64,000 bases of DNA, taken from the NCBI GenBank assembly GCA_951406725.2, contig OX597823.1, forward strand, positions 92,628,001-92,692,000, written 5' to 3'. A program made the position numbers and the translations under genes. The stretch comes from Octopus vulgaris (lineage: Eukaryota). Shown here one piece after another: positions 27,682-39,142 of this stretch; the first letter of the stretch is position 1, and every line of letters starts with the position of its first letter. Below the pieces are notes generated by a model that saw nothing but the letters and a program-made list of their open reading frames with translations, had not been told where the DNA came from and did not search any database.

Positions 27682-28112
27682 ATATGTCCTCTGGCCTGAT
27701 CGTCCTGTATTTTCTCTTACCCAAAGCCAGGAATTTCACCCCCTCGTGTGTGTGTGTGTGTGTAGATATGTATGTAAGTATGTAATGATAGGTAGGTAGG
27801 TATATATAAGCATGTGTGTTTATGTCTATGTATATCTGTGTATGTCTATTTTCATATAAAGATGGCATCGAAAGCCAGAGACGTTAACACGTTGGGTACT
27901 TGGTCTAATGTTCCGCAGTGTGATTTCAAATCATGCCCAGGTTACCTTTGCTTGTCGATAAATAAGGAACAGAGCAATTTCTGTTCAGAAATGAACTCCT
28001 AGAAATAGAAAGAGACTCGTTGCCGCATCATTTTCTCGGTGCTTTCAATTAAAATCCACCTTCATCTCAATAAAAAAAATCTGTGTTATATGTACGGAAG
28101 AATAATGTGCTG

Positions 28113-28316
28113 CAGTAGTTCTGAAATTTCTTAATACGCGAGGAAGAACTGAAACCTGGAAATTTTGGGGACTGCTCCTACCCCAAAAAAAAATAGTAAT
28201 AAAATAGAATAAAATAAAAGAAGTAAACCACAAGTCAATTAAAACAATGAGAATTATATTTATAGCTGAAATCGAGTGTTGTATGCGGCTGTGGGGTCCG
28301 TGATTGGGAACCGCTG
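28113..28316. mobile_element. hAT (Charlie-like) MITE
   Basis: TIRs CAGTAGTTCTGAAA and TTGGGAACCGCTG (CAGTGGTTCCCAA type). Confidence 0.55.
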
Positions 28317-28669
28317 ATGTAGAGGTACAGTGCAAAACGTTTCACAATTTTTACTCATATTTTTATATTTTCATTAAGATAAATCAGCCGCTGTTTTAAG
28401 CTGTCATAATATAATGTAGCAGCGTCTTGGATAGTAGCACTTGGATATCTGTGTTTTATGCAGCTCATCATTAATTTAACGACATCTGTTTTATGCGCAA
28501 CTTTGCATGAATAATAAAAGCTGAAATAAATAATAATAATACAGAGTGTTCTTATATACCATTTTTCTCCAACAAGAGACGTTTGAAAGTCATCGAAGAA
28601 GACGATGAATTGTGACAACATATACAATATACTATTTTATGTGTTTGAGATTAGGAATTATGAACATTA

Positions 28670-29045
28670 TATACAATGGACGGATAGGTGTTATCATCTT
28701 GTTTGTTGTTATCACAACGTTTCGGCTGATGTACCCTCCAGTCTTCATCAGGTGTTCTGGTAGAATTTCTAACGCAATTAATTTGACAAACGGGGCACTC
28801 TCTTCTCATTTCCAAGGTATTCTTTTAATGCGGGTGTTATTTTTGTAGATATTATTTCCCGACAAAAAATAACATCATCAAAAAAAAAAAAACCCCAGCT
28901 TATGAATGAGAATACAATACACCGATAGTCAAATAAAGGGTTGGGTTCGAAATTCCCCCAGAACACTCGAGGAAGGCTGGAAAGAACATCAGTCGAAAAT
29001 TGGTAACAACAAACAAGGTATGGACACTTATTCATCTAGTGTAGA
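28670..29045. repeat. Diverged inverted pair of HHR-bearing Penelope-type repeats
   Basis: The reverse complement of 28670-28772 (GAAATTCTACCAGAACACCTGATGAAGACTGG...AACAACAAACAAG) aligns with 28946-29043 (GAAATTCCCCCAGAACACTCGAGGAAGGCTGG...AACAACAAACAAG). Confidence 0.7.
28713..28754 (-). ncRNA. Minimal type I hammerhead ribozyme motif
   Basis: Minus strand reads CAC-CTGATGA-AGACTGGAGGGTACATCAGCC-GAAA-CG-TT-GTG. Core intact; an AACGTT palindrome replaces stem III. Confidence 0.7.
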
Positions 29046-29159
29046 TAGACAATGGCTGTAGAAATTTCCACATGGCTGAATACAGTGGACTGATACTTCT
29101 TCTGAAACGTGCAACGCTGTACTTTTCTGAAGAGGTGTCACTACTATATAAAATCTACC

Positions 29160-29337
29160 AGCAGGAGTGGCTGCGCGGTTAGGAATCTGTATCTCAGCGA
29201 CATGCTTTCCAGGTTCACTCCCACAGCGTAGAACCTTGGGCAAGTGCCTTCTAATATAGGCCCGAACAGGACCAAGGCTGTGAGTGAATTTAGCAGACGG
29301 AAACTGGAAGAAGCTCGTCATATATATATATATATAC

Positions 29338-29382
<45 letters not shown>

Positions 29383-29830
29383 TGTGTTTTCCATTCTGCC
29401 GGTGTTTGTCCCCTACTACCAATTTCTTTACTACCCACAAGGGACTAAACACAGAGAGGACAAACAAAGACAGACGAACGGATTAAGTCGATTATATCGA
29501 CCCCAGTGCGTAACTGGTACTTATTTAATCGACCCCGAAAGGATGAAAGGCAAAGTCGACCTCGGCGGAATTTGAACTCGGAACGTAGCGGCAGACGAAA
29601 TACTGCTAAGCATTTCGCCCGGCGTGCTAACGTTTCTGCCAGCTCGCCTACTACCGGCTGACAATTGGTGTTGGTGTGTTTACATGCCCGTAGTTTAGCA
29701 GTTCGGCAACAAGGGGTGGGGGTTGATAGAAAAAGTACTGAGGTCAATTCGTTCGTCTAGACCTCTTCAAGGTGCTGCACCAGCATGGCCGCAATCAAGT
29801 GACTGAAACAAGTAACAGACAAAGATAAAT
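29160..29830 (+). mobile_element. SINE family A interrupted by a family B SINE
   Basis: GCAGGAGTGGCTG head and CCTTGGGCAAGTG core. The body resumes after 29655. Confidence 0.8.
29417..29648 (-). mobile_element. SINE family B, full length, young
   Basis: Reverse complement of the GGCGAGCTGGCAGAAACGTTAGC...GTAAAGAAAT element, flanked by the direct repeat CCTACTACC. Confidence 0.92.
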
Positions 29831-29885
29831 GATATGTGCGTGTGTGTATGTATATATTTCACGAACATACCCGCTTTCACACACA

Positions 29886-29928
<43 letters not shown>

Positions 29929-30440
29929 AAGTGTGCTTGTGTATTTATGTGTCTGTGTGTCTGTACGCATGAGTGTGCGTACGCGCGCGTGCATGAAAGA
30001 GCGTGTTATTGCAAAAAAAAAAAGAACATTCTTCGGCAGCATTCGAATATTATCGTTTCAAACTAAAATCATATCAATAGTTTTCCTTTTTTTATATAAT
30101 TTTGTATCATATCTTTAATATATAACAGCCAAACGGTATACATAATGATACGTGTGAATATGTGAGTCATACTAACAGTCTTGTGGCGCGTTTTGCGCTT
30201 TTCTGACTAAAACATTGTATGTCCAAGATTGCAGTCATATCTATATGAAAGCTTAAATGTTCGTGTGCATATTTTTTAGTTATATTATGAATATATTTAT
30301 ATCAATCAAGCCGGACGTATGCACGGATGTATATATTTGAATATGTGTATATTTGTATATGTGTGCGTACATTCATACAAATACATACATGAAGGGAGGT
30401 GTATATATGCATACTAAACCACGCTACCTATATATTTAAG

Positions 30441-30444
<4 letters not shown>

Positions 30445-30512
<68 letters not shown>

Positions 30513-30587
30513 ATATATGTATATTTAGATATGTATACCTATATATATATATGTATATATATATATATACATATATATATACATATA

Positions 30588-30637
<50 letters not shown>

Positions 30638-30735
30638 TATATATACATATATATATATATATACATATACATACGTATATATATATCTGTATATATATAG
30701 ATATATATACATATATATATTTATATATATGTATG

Positions 30736-30798
<63 letters not shown>

Positions 30799-30904
30799 AT
30801 ATGAGAGAGAGACAGAAAGTGGGTGAGAGAGAGGGAAAAACATAATTGGATATGTACATATATACATATATGCATATATAAATATATGTTTGTGTGTGTC
30901 TATA

Positions 30905-30989
<85 letters not shown>

Positions 30990-31000
30990 GTACGTATGTA
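30445..31000. repeat. Compound (TA)n/(TG)n microsatellite block
   Basis: Seen directly. Confidence 0.95.
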
Positions 31001-31584
31001 AAAATGCGCAGGTATGTATTTGTATACACACATGCTCTACAGAAGTATATTGTACATTTTGGGAATGGAAAAATACATTAAGAATATAAAAATCTATAAA
31101 TGGAATGTCTGAAACAGTTCAGTATATATGTATACATAACGGGAGAATGGTAGCACGCAAAATGTTACTATACACCTGCATACTGGCACGCACACACGCC
31201 CAAAGTCATATGACTACAAACAACTGTGAGTGTGTGTGTGTATGTGTGTGAACCTTTTGATTGTATGCGTCTGTGTATATGTATGATTCTAGGCACAATA
31301 AATGTAACTAAAGAGAATCTAAAGAGAAATATAATAATACGACCGACTATAAATATCCATGATATTTTCTAACTGTTCAGAAAGTTTCAACTTTCGTCAC
31401 AATGAAATCTCCGACATATTTAAGATATTTCTGATATGATTGTGAAGCAATGAAAATAATATTGATTTCCATCGGAAGAAAAAAAAATGTGGCACTTAGA
31501 GAATACCTCTTTATGCTATTACGTTCACCTGACCCAAAATGTGACGTTAAATAACATTACTATAGAGAGATTATTTTACGTAAG

Positions 31585-31624
<40 letters not shown>

Positions 31625-31747
31625 ATATATATATATATATTATATATATATATATACATATGCATATATTATATATATATGCATACATATACGTATGTAT
31701 GTGTATAGATGTACGCATTTTTATATGTACATATGTGTATAGATGTA

Positions 31748-31803
<56 letters not shown>

Positions 31804-32153
31804 CGTATATATATATATGTATATATAACTATATATATATATATATATGCATATAGAAATATATACATCCTAATATATATTCATGCGACGACTAACATCT
31901 ATATTCCTTCTATTTGAACACATATAAATGTGCTTGAGTGTATATGTGTTTGTGTGTGCGTATCTGTGTGGTTGTGTGTATGCATATATGTTTGTTGCAA
32001 TTTATTAGACACAGTACCCTCCAATTACTTGCATACAAATGAAACCAGCCAACTAACATAAATGTATATTTCACCTGCTAAACGAGTAGATGCGGGGTTC
32101 ACTTTCGCCAGTTTTGGCTGCTTCATTACTCTTGTGTATTCAAACATCATGCG

Positions 32154-32194
<41 letters not shown>

Positions 32195-32195
32195 C

Positions 32196-32681
32196 CAGTG
32201 GCGGACTAGGTCTAAAAATATTGATTGCTAGGAGCCTAAGGAGGCCACCCACAACTACAAGGGGGCCCACCCACAAATATACAAGGGGTCCACCCGCAAC
32301 TACAAGGGGGCCCACCCACAACTACAAGGAAGCTCAGCCACAAATACAAGGGACCCACCCACAAATACAAGGGGGCCCTCCCACAACTACAAGGGGGCCC
32401 ACCTGCAACTACAAGGAGGCCCACCCACAACTGGAAGGGGGCCCATCCGCAACTACAATGCCATCATTTCACTTTTCTTTGTTAAACGTATTCTTTCCAA
32501 CCGTCTACAAACACAGCCAGGCTGAAATAATTAATGCATTCTTCCAGGAGTGAATTAAAAATTCTCAAACTTGAGGGGATAGGCCCCTTAAATACTAACA
32601 TGGACCTCCATATATGGATTCTAATTGCGCAGGGACCCACTTGCCATTGGGCATGCTGGCAACCTGACCACTCCGCCACTG
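32196..32681. mobile_element. TIR element (probably hAT MITE) with an internal ~23-bp minisatellite
   Basis: TIRs CAGTGGCGGA and TCCGCCACTG. Flanks CACATATC and CACACATT look like a decayed 8-bp TSD. About 10 copies of CAACTACAAGGGGGCCCACCCA at 32240-32458. Confidence 0.8.
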
Positions 32682-32699
32682 CACACATTTATATAGAGG

Positions 32700-32868
32700 A
32701 CGTACATGCTGCGCTCACGAACGCAAGTTCATGTTTTCGAGCCTCTGACGAGATCAGGGTAGAATGTTGACCTGCTCACCTTGCCAGCGAGATGGTTTCA
32801 TTGGAACACTAAAACGATACAAACGCATCGTGACCAACATCTCATAATCCGTTCGGTCATGTGATCAC
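32700..32868 (+). mobile_element. SINE family C 3' part, degraded
   Basis: CCTGCTCACCTTGCCAGC...CTAAAACGATACAAACGCATCGTGACCA matches the 19309-19372 segment. Confidence 0.6.
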
Positions 32869-32911
32869 ATGATATATACATATATGTGTCCGTTTGTTTA
32901 TGTGTATGTAA

Positions 32912-33002
<91 letters not shown>

Positions 33003-33639
33003 TATACATATAAATATATATATATATAGTATTAGCAGAGTTTATATTATATACTCTGCAAATATCGAACAGGGAGAGCGAGTGCTCAACACCGTTGTTT
33101 TTTGTTAACACGGCTACAAACATTTTCATGTAGAGAGAAACCTCTCTAGAATTATGAAGTATGATACATAGGAACGTTGGTATTCGTCTGTCTTGGAAAC
33201 GTGCAGCACATTTCCCATGTTTCAAGGTTGTTAAATGTTGAAAGATGTCTATCCTCATTCAAATGATGGCAGCCGTGTGTTATGTCTCACGTGTTATTTA
33301 CTCAACTCCACTCTACTCGCTACTCAATTCTGACGTCTAGACTTCTCCCTTTATATCTAGATATTGGGTTAGACTTCTTCATCGTCTGGGGGCGACTACA
33401 CAACACCTTGTTTACCCACAAAGTGTGCGTGTGTGTGTATGTGTGTGTTTCTGTATTTGTGGGCAATATTACTAGAAATGTATCCGGTATGAGGCGACCT
33501 ATAACGTTATGTAAATTGCTAATCGATAATGCGAGAAGTGTTCATGGATGTGTACTTTGTATTCCTCTATCTCTTTCATGTTTCGATATTCGGTAACCCG
33601 TAACGTTACTCTATAAATGCAATCGTTAGATTTACCTCG

Positions 33640-34719
33640 TAAGTGCAGCATGTCTAGTCAGGCCGAACGCTTCGTCAGAATCTTTAGAGACATTTTTAGT
33701 AGAGGCAGTTATATAGTGTACTTGGTAATTGTAATTTTAGTCTATCATTTCTAAATGGTTATATAAGGTAGTGTATAAGCTGCCAACATTTTATTTTAGA
33801 TGCAAGGAGACCCTACTAAAACCTGCTTGTCACAGTTGACTTTTTCGATTTTCACCGTGCGATAAAGTTTTGTGTTATAGTAGGGAAACACGCAACAGAA
33901 ACGTAGGAAATGTTACAGATCGCTGATGGATTCACTTGTATAAGGCAGGCATCTGTCTTTCGCCAGGCAAAGAATGTCCACTGGGAAACTCAGGATATTC
34001 TACCTATTTCTTTACTACCCACAAGGGGCTAAACACAGAGGGGGCAAACAAGGACAGACGAACGGATTAAGTCGGTATACCAGTGCGTAGCTGGTACTTA
34101 TTTAATCGACCCCGAAAGGATGAAAGGCAAAGTCGACCTCGGCAGAATTTGAACTCAGAACTTAACCGCAGACGAAATACCGCTGAGCATTTCGCCCGGC
34201 GTGCTAACCATTCTGCCAGATCGACAGCAAGGACTAAATCTATTGGTTCCCATAAGCAGACGGTCAATGAAGACTATTTTGTGTAGGTTTTGAGAGAATT
34301 CAAGAAAAAAATATGTCCCAAAAAGCCAGAGATCGGAGACAGCTGCCCCAGAATAATGCACCAGTACAAAATACGATCCTAGCAACAAAAGGATCGACAA
34401 ATTTGGGCATAAAAACTCTCCCTCATTCTTCTTTCAGTTCCAGCCTTGTACCTAGTGACTTTTGATTGTTCTCCAGCCTGAAAGAGACATCATGAGGCAG
34501 TTGTTTTTAAGACATTGAGAAAATGAAGGTGGCTGTGACAGGAAAGCTGGACATCTTGATTTTCATGGATTTCCATGCGGCTATCACAAAGTGAGTGGTG
34601 CCCCACAACAAGCAAATAGAATTTAGAAGATCCTACCGTGAAGGTTAATTATCTACTTCTTTGGACTGAATTTATTTCTCTACAGAATATTTCTCAGAAC
34701 TTTTGGAATATACTTTGTA
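33640..34719 (+). mobile_element. Mariner transposase pseudogene, internally deleted and interrupted by a SINE
   Basis: N-terminal IKFCVIVGKHATET*EMLQIA...SVF at ~33860-33970. Later QTVNEDYFV*VLREF, QNNAPV and LPHSSFSSSLVPSDF*LFSSLKE (HPPYSPDLAPxDF motif). Ends in a TIR-like GAACTTTTGGAATATACTTTGTA. Confidence 0.75.
34002..34224 (-). mobile_element. SINE family B, near full length
   Basis: ACCTATTTCTTTACTACCCACAAGGGG...GCTAACCATTCTGCCAG. Confidence 0.9.
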
Positions 34720-34969
34720 CACACACACACACAAATGAAATTTAGATTCAGTTGAAGTAGGTACCTAAATTGAGGCACCTTACTAGGACGAGGTAATATG
34801 CACACTCAGACAATATAAGGTGAGAATCAAACCCTACATAAAATCTATTCCACCCAGTATTCATGCAGTGTATGCAGATGGCACGAAACAACTTCGTGAA
34901 TAAATCCGCTCTGGTTTTTTAAGACATGTACTTTATATAAAGATACTTTCCAAATACTAGACCTGAATC

Positions 34970-35170
34970 ATAAAACACAATTTATATATTTAACCATATT
35001 AATATCATCAATCGAGAGCAAATATTTACAATGATTCTGCTGCTAAATCTTTTGGCAGAATTCCGCAATGATTCCGCTGCTAAAACTTTTGTCAAAAGCG
35101 GAATCCTTGTAAATATTTGCTCTGAATTTATGTTATGAATATATTTAAATATCTAACTTAACCTTTGTGC
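34970..35170. repeat. Imperfect hairpin (inverted repeat) upstream of a hammerhead
   Basis: AGAGCAAATATTTACAATGATTC (35014-35036) pairs with GAATCCTTGTAAATATTTGCTCT (35101-35123). The interior has a duplicated CAATGATTCYGCTGCTAAA. Confidence 0.75.
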
Positions 35171-35175
35171 TTGAG

Positions 35176-35274
35176 GTCTATTCGATCATCTGATGAGATC
35201 GGTTCCTTTGTAATGATGTAATGCTTTCATTGGTCAATTAAAAAAGTCGTTCGAAACGGCCGTAATGAATTGAC
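35176..35274 (+). ncRNA. Type I hammerhead ribozyme motif with long stem II
   Basis: TCAT-CTGATGA-GATCGGTT...AGTCGTTC-GAAA-CGGCCG-TA-ATGA. Intact core and palindromic stem III. Confidence 0.75.
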
Positions 35275-35317
35275 ACTTATATAACTTTGTTACTCATTTA
35301 TTTAAATATATATATGG

Positions 35318-35474
35318 CCCGGTGGCGATCCCTGCCGTACTCTTTCGCCACAACTTTCTCTCACTCTTTCTTCTATTAGCCTGCTCGCTTAGCCAGAGGG
35401 GTGGCGTCATTTGAAGGCTAAAACAACGCCAAGCTCATTTTGACCAACAATGTGTAGCCTCGTCAGTCACGGTG

Positions 35475-35478
<4 letters not shown>
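35318..35478 (+). mobile_element. SINE family C fragment
   Basis: GATCCCTGCCGTACTCTTTC...CCTGCTCGCTTAGCCAG...GAAGGCTAAAACAA matches 19268-19353. Confidence 0.8.
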
Positions 35479-35553
<75 letters not shown>

Positions 35554-35991
35554 AAGATGGATAGAGAGAGAGAGGAGATCTTTTCTCCACAGCTAAAATA
35601 TGCCTCTGACGTATTTTCACTATCCTAAAGTTCACTTATGCTTAAATGTTTTTGGGTGCTGATATTACCGTAATTTTCACGACCTCGACGGCTACTACTG
35701 GCATAGGCCAGTCAGTGTTGTTGACTGTACTTTAGTTTAAGTGACGGCTTGAATAGGTCTGTCCAGAGTTGATTCTCTTCAATGATTCCCATTGATAACT
35801 TCCAAACAGTTACAAACATCACCGGACAGATATGGTGTTTTTACATCTTTTTACCATAAGAGAGAATTGCTTTTGCACGGTAACTACAGTGAGATTGCTT
35901 TTAGCAGCTGAAATATGTCACAAGCATATTCTAACTAACCCTAAGTCCGTTTATGCCTAAACATTTTTGGTGTTACAAATAACTGTTATAT

Positions 35992-36046
35992 ATAATCTGT
36001 GCTGATGAAGAGGATCAAACCAGAAATCGCGATACACAGATATTAT
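35992..36046 (+). ncRNA. Minimal type I hammerhead motif (same element type as the 20510-20869 unit)
   Basis: ATCTGTG-CTGATGA-AGAGGATCAAACCA-GAAA-TCGCGA-TA-CACAGAT. 7-bp stem I and palindromic stem III; stem II is weak. Confidence 0.7.
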
Positions 36047-36205
36047 TTTGAGCTGAGTGGGGGTGCTAGATTCTCTTGTTCGAAAATATAAGGACACAGA
36101 TCGTGTCGTATAGCCAACAGGAGACGATGTCTCCTGGGGCTAAATTACAGCAACATTAGTCCTAAACCAAGACTGCCATGTTATCTTGGAAAACAATCTT
36201 TACTA

Positions 36206-36278
<73 letters not shown>

Positions 36279-36426
36279 TTTAAGTAATTGAGATTCAAGT
36301 GAATTCTAATGGATTCACATGAATATGGTCCTTAACTAGGATGCACCGGAAATCTATATGGTGTTAACCATACGACAAGTGGGGTGATTACGAATAGGAA
36401 AAAGGCAACAAGAATGGATTAAAATA

Positions 36427-36510
36427 TCGGTACAATTGTTTCGTACGAGGACATCTTTAATAAGCTACAAAAAATGCAGTAAATATAGATGTCTCGTACT
36501 CGTCAGCCGA
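36427..36510 (-). ncRNA. Type I hammerhead ribozyme motif (left arm)
   Basis: Minus strand reads TCGG-CTGACGA-GTACGAGACATCT...AGATGTCCTCGTAC-GAAA-CAATTG-TA-CCGA. Confidence 0.85.
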
Positions 36511-37547
36511 AGAAACATCAGAGATTCCCAAACATCAAAACGGGTAGATACAAATGAGGGTGTGAGTTTAACTGCATTGAAGAAAGTTCGATTCCTGGAG
36601 ATCCGATGAAAGGTCTTGAACTTAAAGAATTTGTGCATGTCCATATATAGCTTATAGTGAATTGTTAATCAAGTTACGTGAAGAAATTTTGGATACAGTC
36701 ATGCGAGATTTCTGAGAATCCGAGTGAGAAGTAAAGTGACAATCTTATTCTGTAGAGGAACAGATTGTTATTGAAATTTACAAGAATCACAGAGAAGAGG
36801 AAGGAAGTAGAATTTAGTCAGTTTTGCTATTAATTGCTATCAAAGAGAAGGGAACGGGAAGCTAAAGGGAGGGACACAAGTTGATACTATAAGAAAAATC
36901 TAAGCTTATTTGGTGCAAAATTCGAACTGAGGTCAATTAATTTATTTCTTTATTTATTAATGTTACTATTAATAGATTCTCAGGTTACAATGAGAGGTCA
37001 GTAGAAAGGAAAGAAAAAAAGGAGTTGTTTTCTAATGAAACCATACAATTATATTATATTATATTATATTATAATATATTATAATAGGTTTGGGATTAGC
37101 AGAATTAATTATTAGTGTAAAAGAAAATTAAAATATCATTTAAAATATTAAGCTTAGATTTTTCTTATAGTATCAACTTGTGTCCCTCCCTTTAGCTTCC
37201 CGTTCCCTTCTCTTTGATTGCAATTAATAGAAGTAACTGACTAAATTCTACTTCCTTCCTCTTCTCTGTGATTCTTGTAAATTTCAATAACAATCTATTC
37301 CTCTACACGATATGACAGTCACTTTGCTTCTTACTCGGATTCTCAGAAATTTCGCATGACTGTATCCAAAATTTCTTCACATAACTTGATTAACAATTCA
37401 CTATAAGCTATATATGGACATGCACAAATTCTGTAAGTTCAAGACCGTTCATCGGATCTCCAGGAATCGAACTTTCTTCAATGCAGTTAAACTCACACCC
37501 TCATTTGTATCTACCCGTTTTGATGTTTGGGAATCTCTGATGTCTTT

Positions 37548-37631
37548 TCGGCTGACGAGTACGAGCCATCTATATTTACTGCATTTTTTGTAGCTTATTA
37601 AAGATGTCCTCGTACGAAACAATTGTACCGA
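37548..37631 (+). ncRNA. Type I hammerhead ribozyme motif (right arm)
   Basis: TCGG-CTGACGA-GTACGAG...CTCGTAC-GAAA-CAATTG-TA-CCGA. Predicted cleavage after GUA at 37627. Confidence 0.85.
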
Positions 37632-37679
37632 TATTTTAATCCATTCTTGTTGCTTTTTTCCTATATATATATATATATC

Positions 37680-38100
37680 GGATTTCTGACAAATTTTGGA
37701 GTACCCAATTCGCAGGAATTCTTCTACCTGCGGATTACTGTTCCTCTTCATTCGGATTACGTCATTTATGCACCTTGATTGGAAATCCTTACGATTTGTC
37801 CGTGACTCTTACACTTTATCTCGTCCTCCTTCTACCTATCTTATTCTCTACATCCACTCTCCTCCTCTTTTCTCTTTCTCTTCTCTTTTTTGTCGTCATT
37901 AATAGCCCCTACACCGACATCCGCGTGTGTACCGTTGGCGATTTTCTTCCTCCGTCATCCCCTCCGTTTGACTTTTTTCTATTTCTGACGAATAACTTGG
38001 CTCGAAAGATTGAAACGTTTGTCTTTCTTTTCCTGAGCGTCTGATAATACAGTACTTGTACTACATCTTCGCGTTATTGTTTTTTCTCATTTGTTCTTCT
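37680..38100 (+). mobile_element. Probable Penelope-type repeat remnant with a decayed HHR
   Basis: CTGACGA..GCTCGAAA (37985-38007) followed by TTCCTGAGCGTC. The same motif pair occurs on the minus strand at ~11820-11875. Confidence 0.4.
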
Positions 38101-38137
38101 TTCTTTGGATTCACTATATATATATATATATATATAT

Positions 38138-38175
<38 letters not shown>

Positions 38176-38479
38176 TGTAAGTATGTATGTATATGTAGAA
38201 ACATATATGTGTTTCTGTATGTGTGTGTGTGTCTGTGTGTTTGCATGTCTGTGTGCGTACGTGTATGGTTGGACGGATGGATAGATGCATGGGTGGATTA
38301 ATGGATGTGCATGTGAATTATATACGCGTATGTGTTGCTCTTATACATACGGTATACATACTCACGGTATGCCTATCCATTAAGCATTGATTCATGGATA
38401 TGAAACCATCAGGACAATTTTAGTATGTTGCTGCTTTAAATAACGATTTATTTACTCGCCAGGTTTACATGACACGTAT

Positions 38480-38760
38480 TTGCTCCAGTGAAATCTAAGT
38501 GACTGCATAATATATAATGTGCCAGATCATAGGGATTTCGTTACATCCATAATGATGCAATTTCCTGGAAAGAACGGAGAGAGAGGTGCACTTGGTTTTA
38601 TCAATGGACCTAAAGAATTGAGTGTTGTAATGGTTTGAATGATTTGTGATATCCAAAAGCCATATTGATGCATTTAATAACATCGGTAACAGTCATATTT
38701 TTCAGTGCTCTAACATCTGATACAAAATTCTAACTGATCTTTGTGTCAGTCCGGTTTCCG
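38480..38760 (-). mobile_element. Decayed CR1/L2-like LINE RT fragment
   Basis: Minus translation SVLSRKLHHYGCNEIPMIW resembles the xLLxKLxxYGxxGxxLxW motif. Confidence 0.4.
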
Positions 38761-39026
38761 TGTTTCGAACCCCATTCTAAAAAGTAACTCTAAGAATATT
38801 CATTCTTATTGTAACTTATTTATTTTCTTGAAATATTTGAGGTGTATGAATCCGTTGAGCTTTCGTTTCTTATTTCTAACTAACTACATATTTAGGGCCT
38901 TTTAATATCCCCTTTAAAAGGGGTTGTGAATGGTTTCATGTTTTACAATGTATCTATACGTAATTTTCTTTACCACTAGCTGTCTGTCTCTCTCCTTCTC
39001 GCTGCCTCTCTCTTTCTTTCTCTTTA

Positions 39027-39070
<44 letters not shown>

Positions 39071-39083
39071 AATATATATATAT

Positions 39084-39142
<59 letters not shown>

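Larger units (their letters stand above)
27018..27747. mobile_element. Mariner-type MITE split by a Penelope insertion
   Basis: TIR-like TACGAGGAGTGCGAAAAAGCTTTTGGCT (27018) pairs with AAAGCCAGGAATTTCACCCCCTCGTG (27723-27748). The interior, ~27185-27695, is Penelope-derived. Confidence 0.6.
36394..37664. repeat. Large inverted repeat: arms 36394-36908 and 37149-37664, 240-bp spacer; Penelope pLTR-like
   Basis: The arms are reverse complements, roughly 95% identical by eye, and each contains a hammerhead. Confidence 0.95.

Noticed and set aside
32240-32458. CRISPR-like repeat array
   Set aside because: The units are contiguous with no unique spacers, and the context is eukaryotic with no cas genes.
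32062-32553. 163-aa Pro/Thr/Gly-rich ORF resembling a mucin or collagen-like protein
   Set aside because: It arises from a minisatellite inside a TIR-bounded element.
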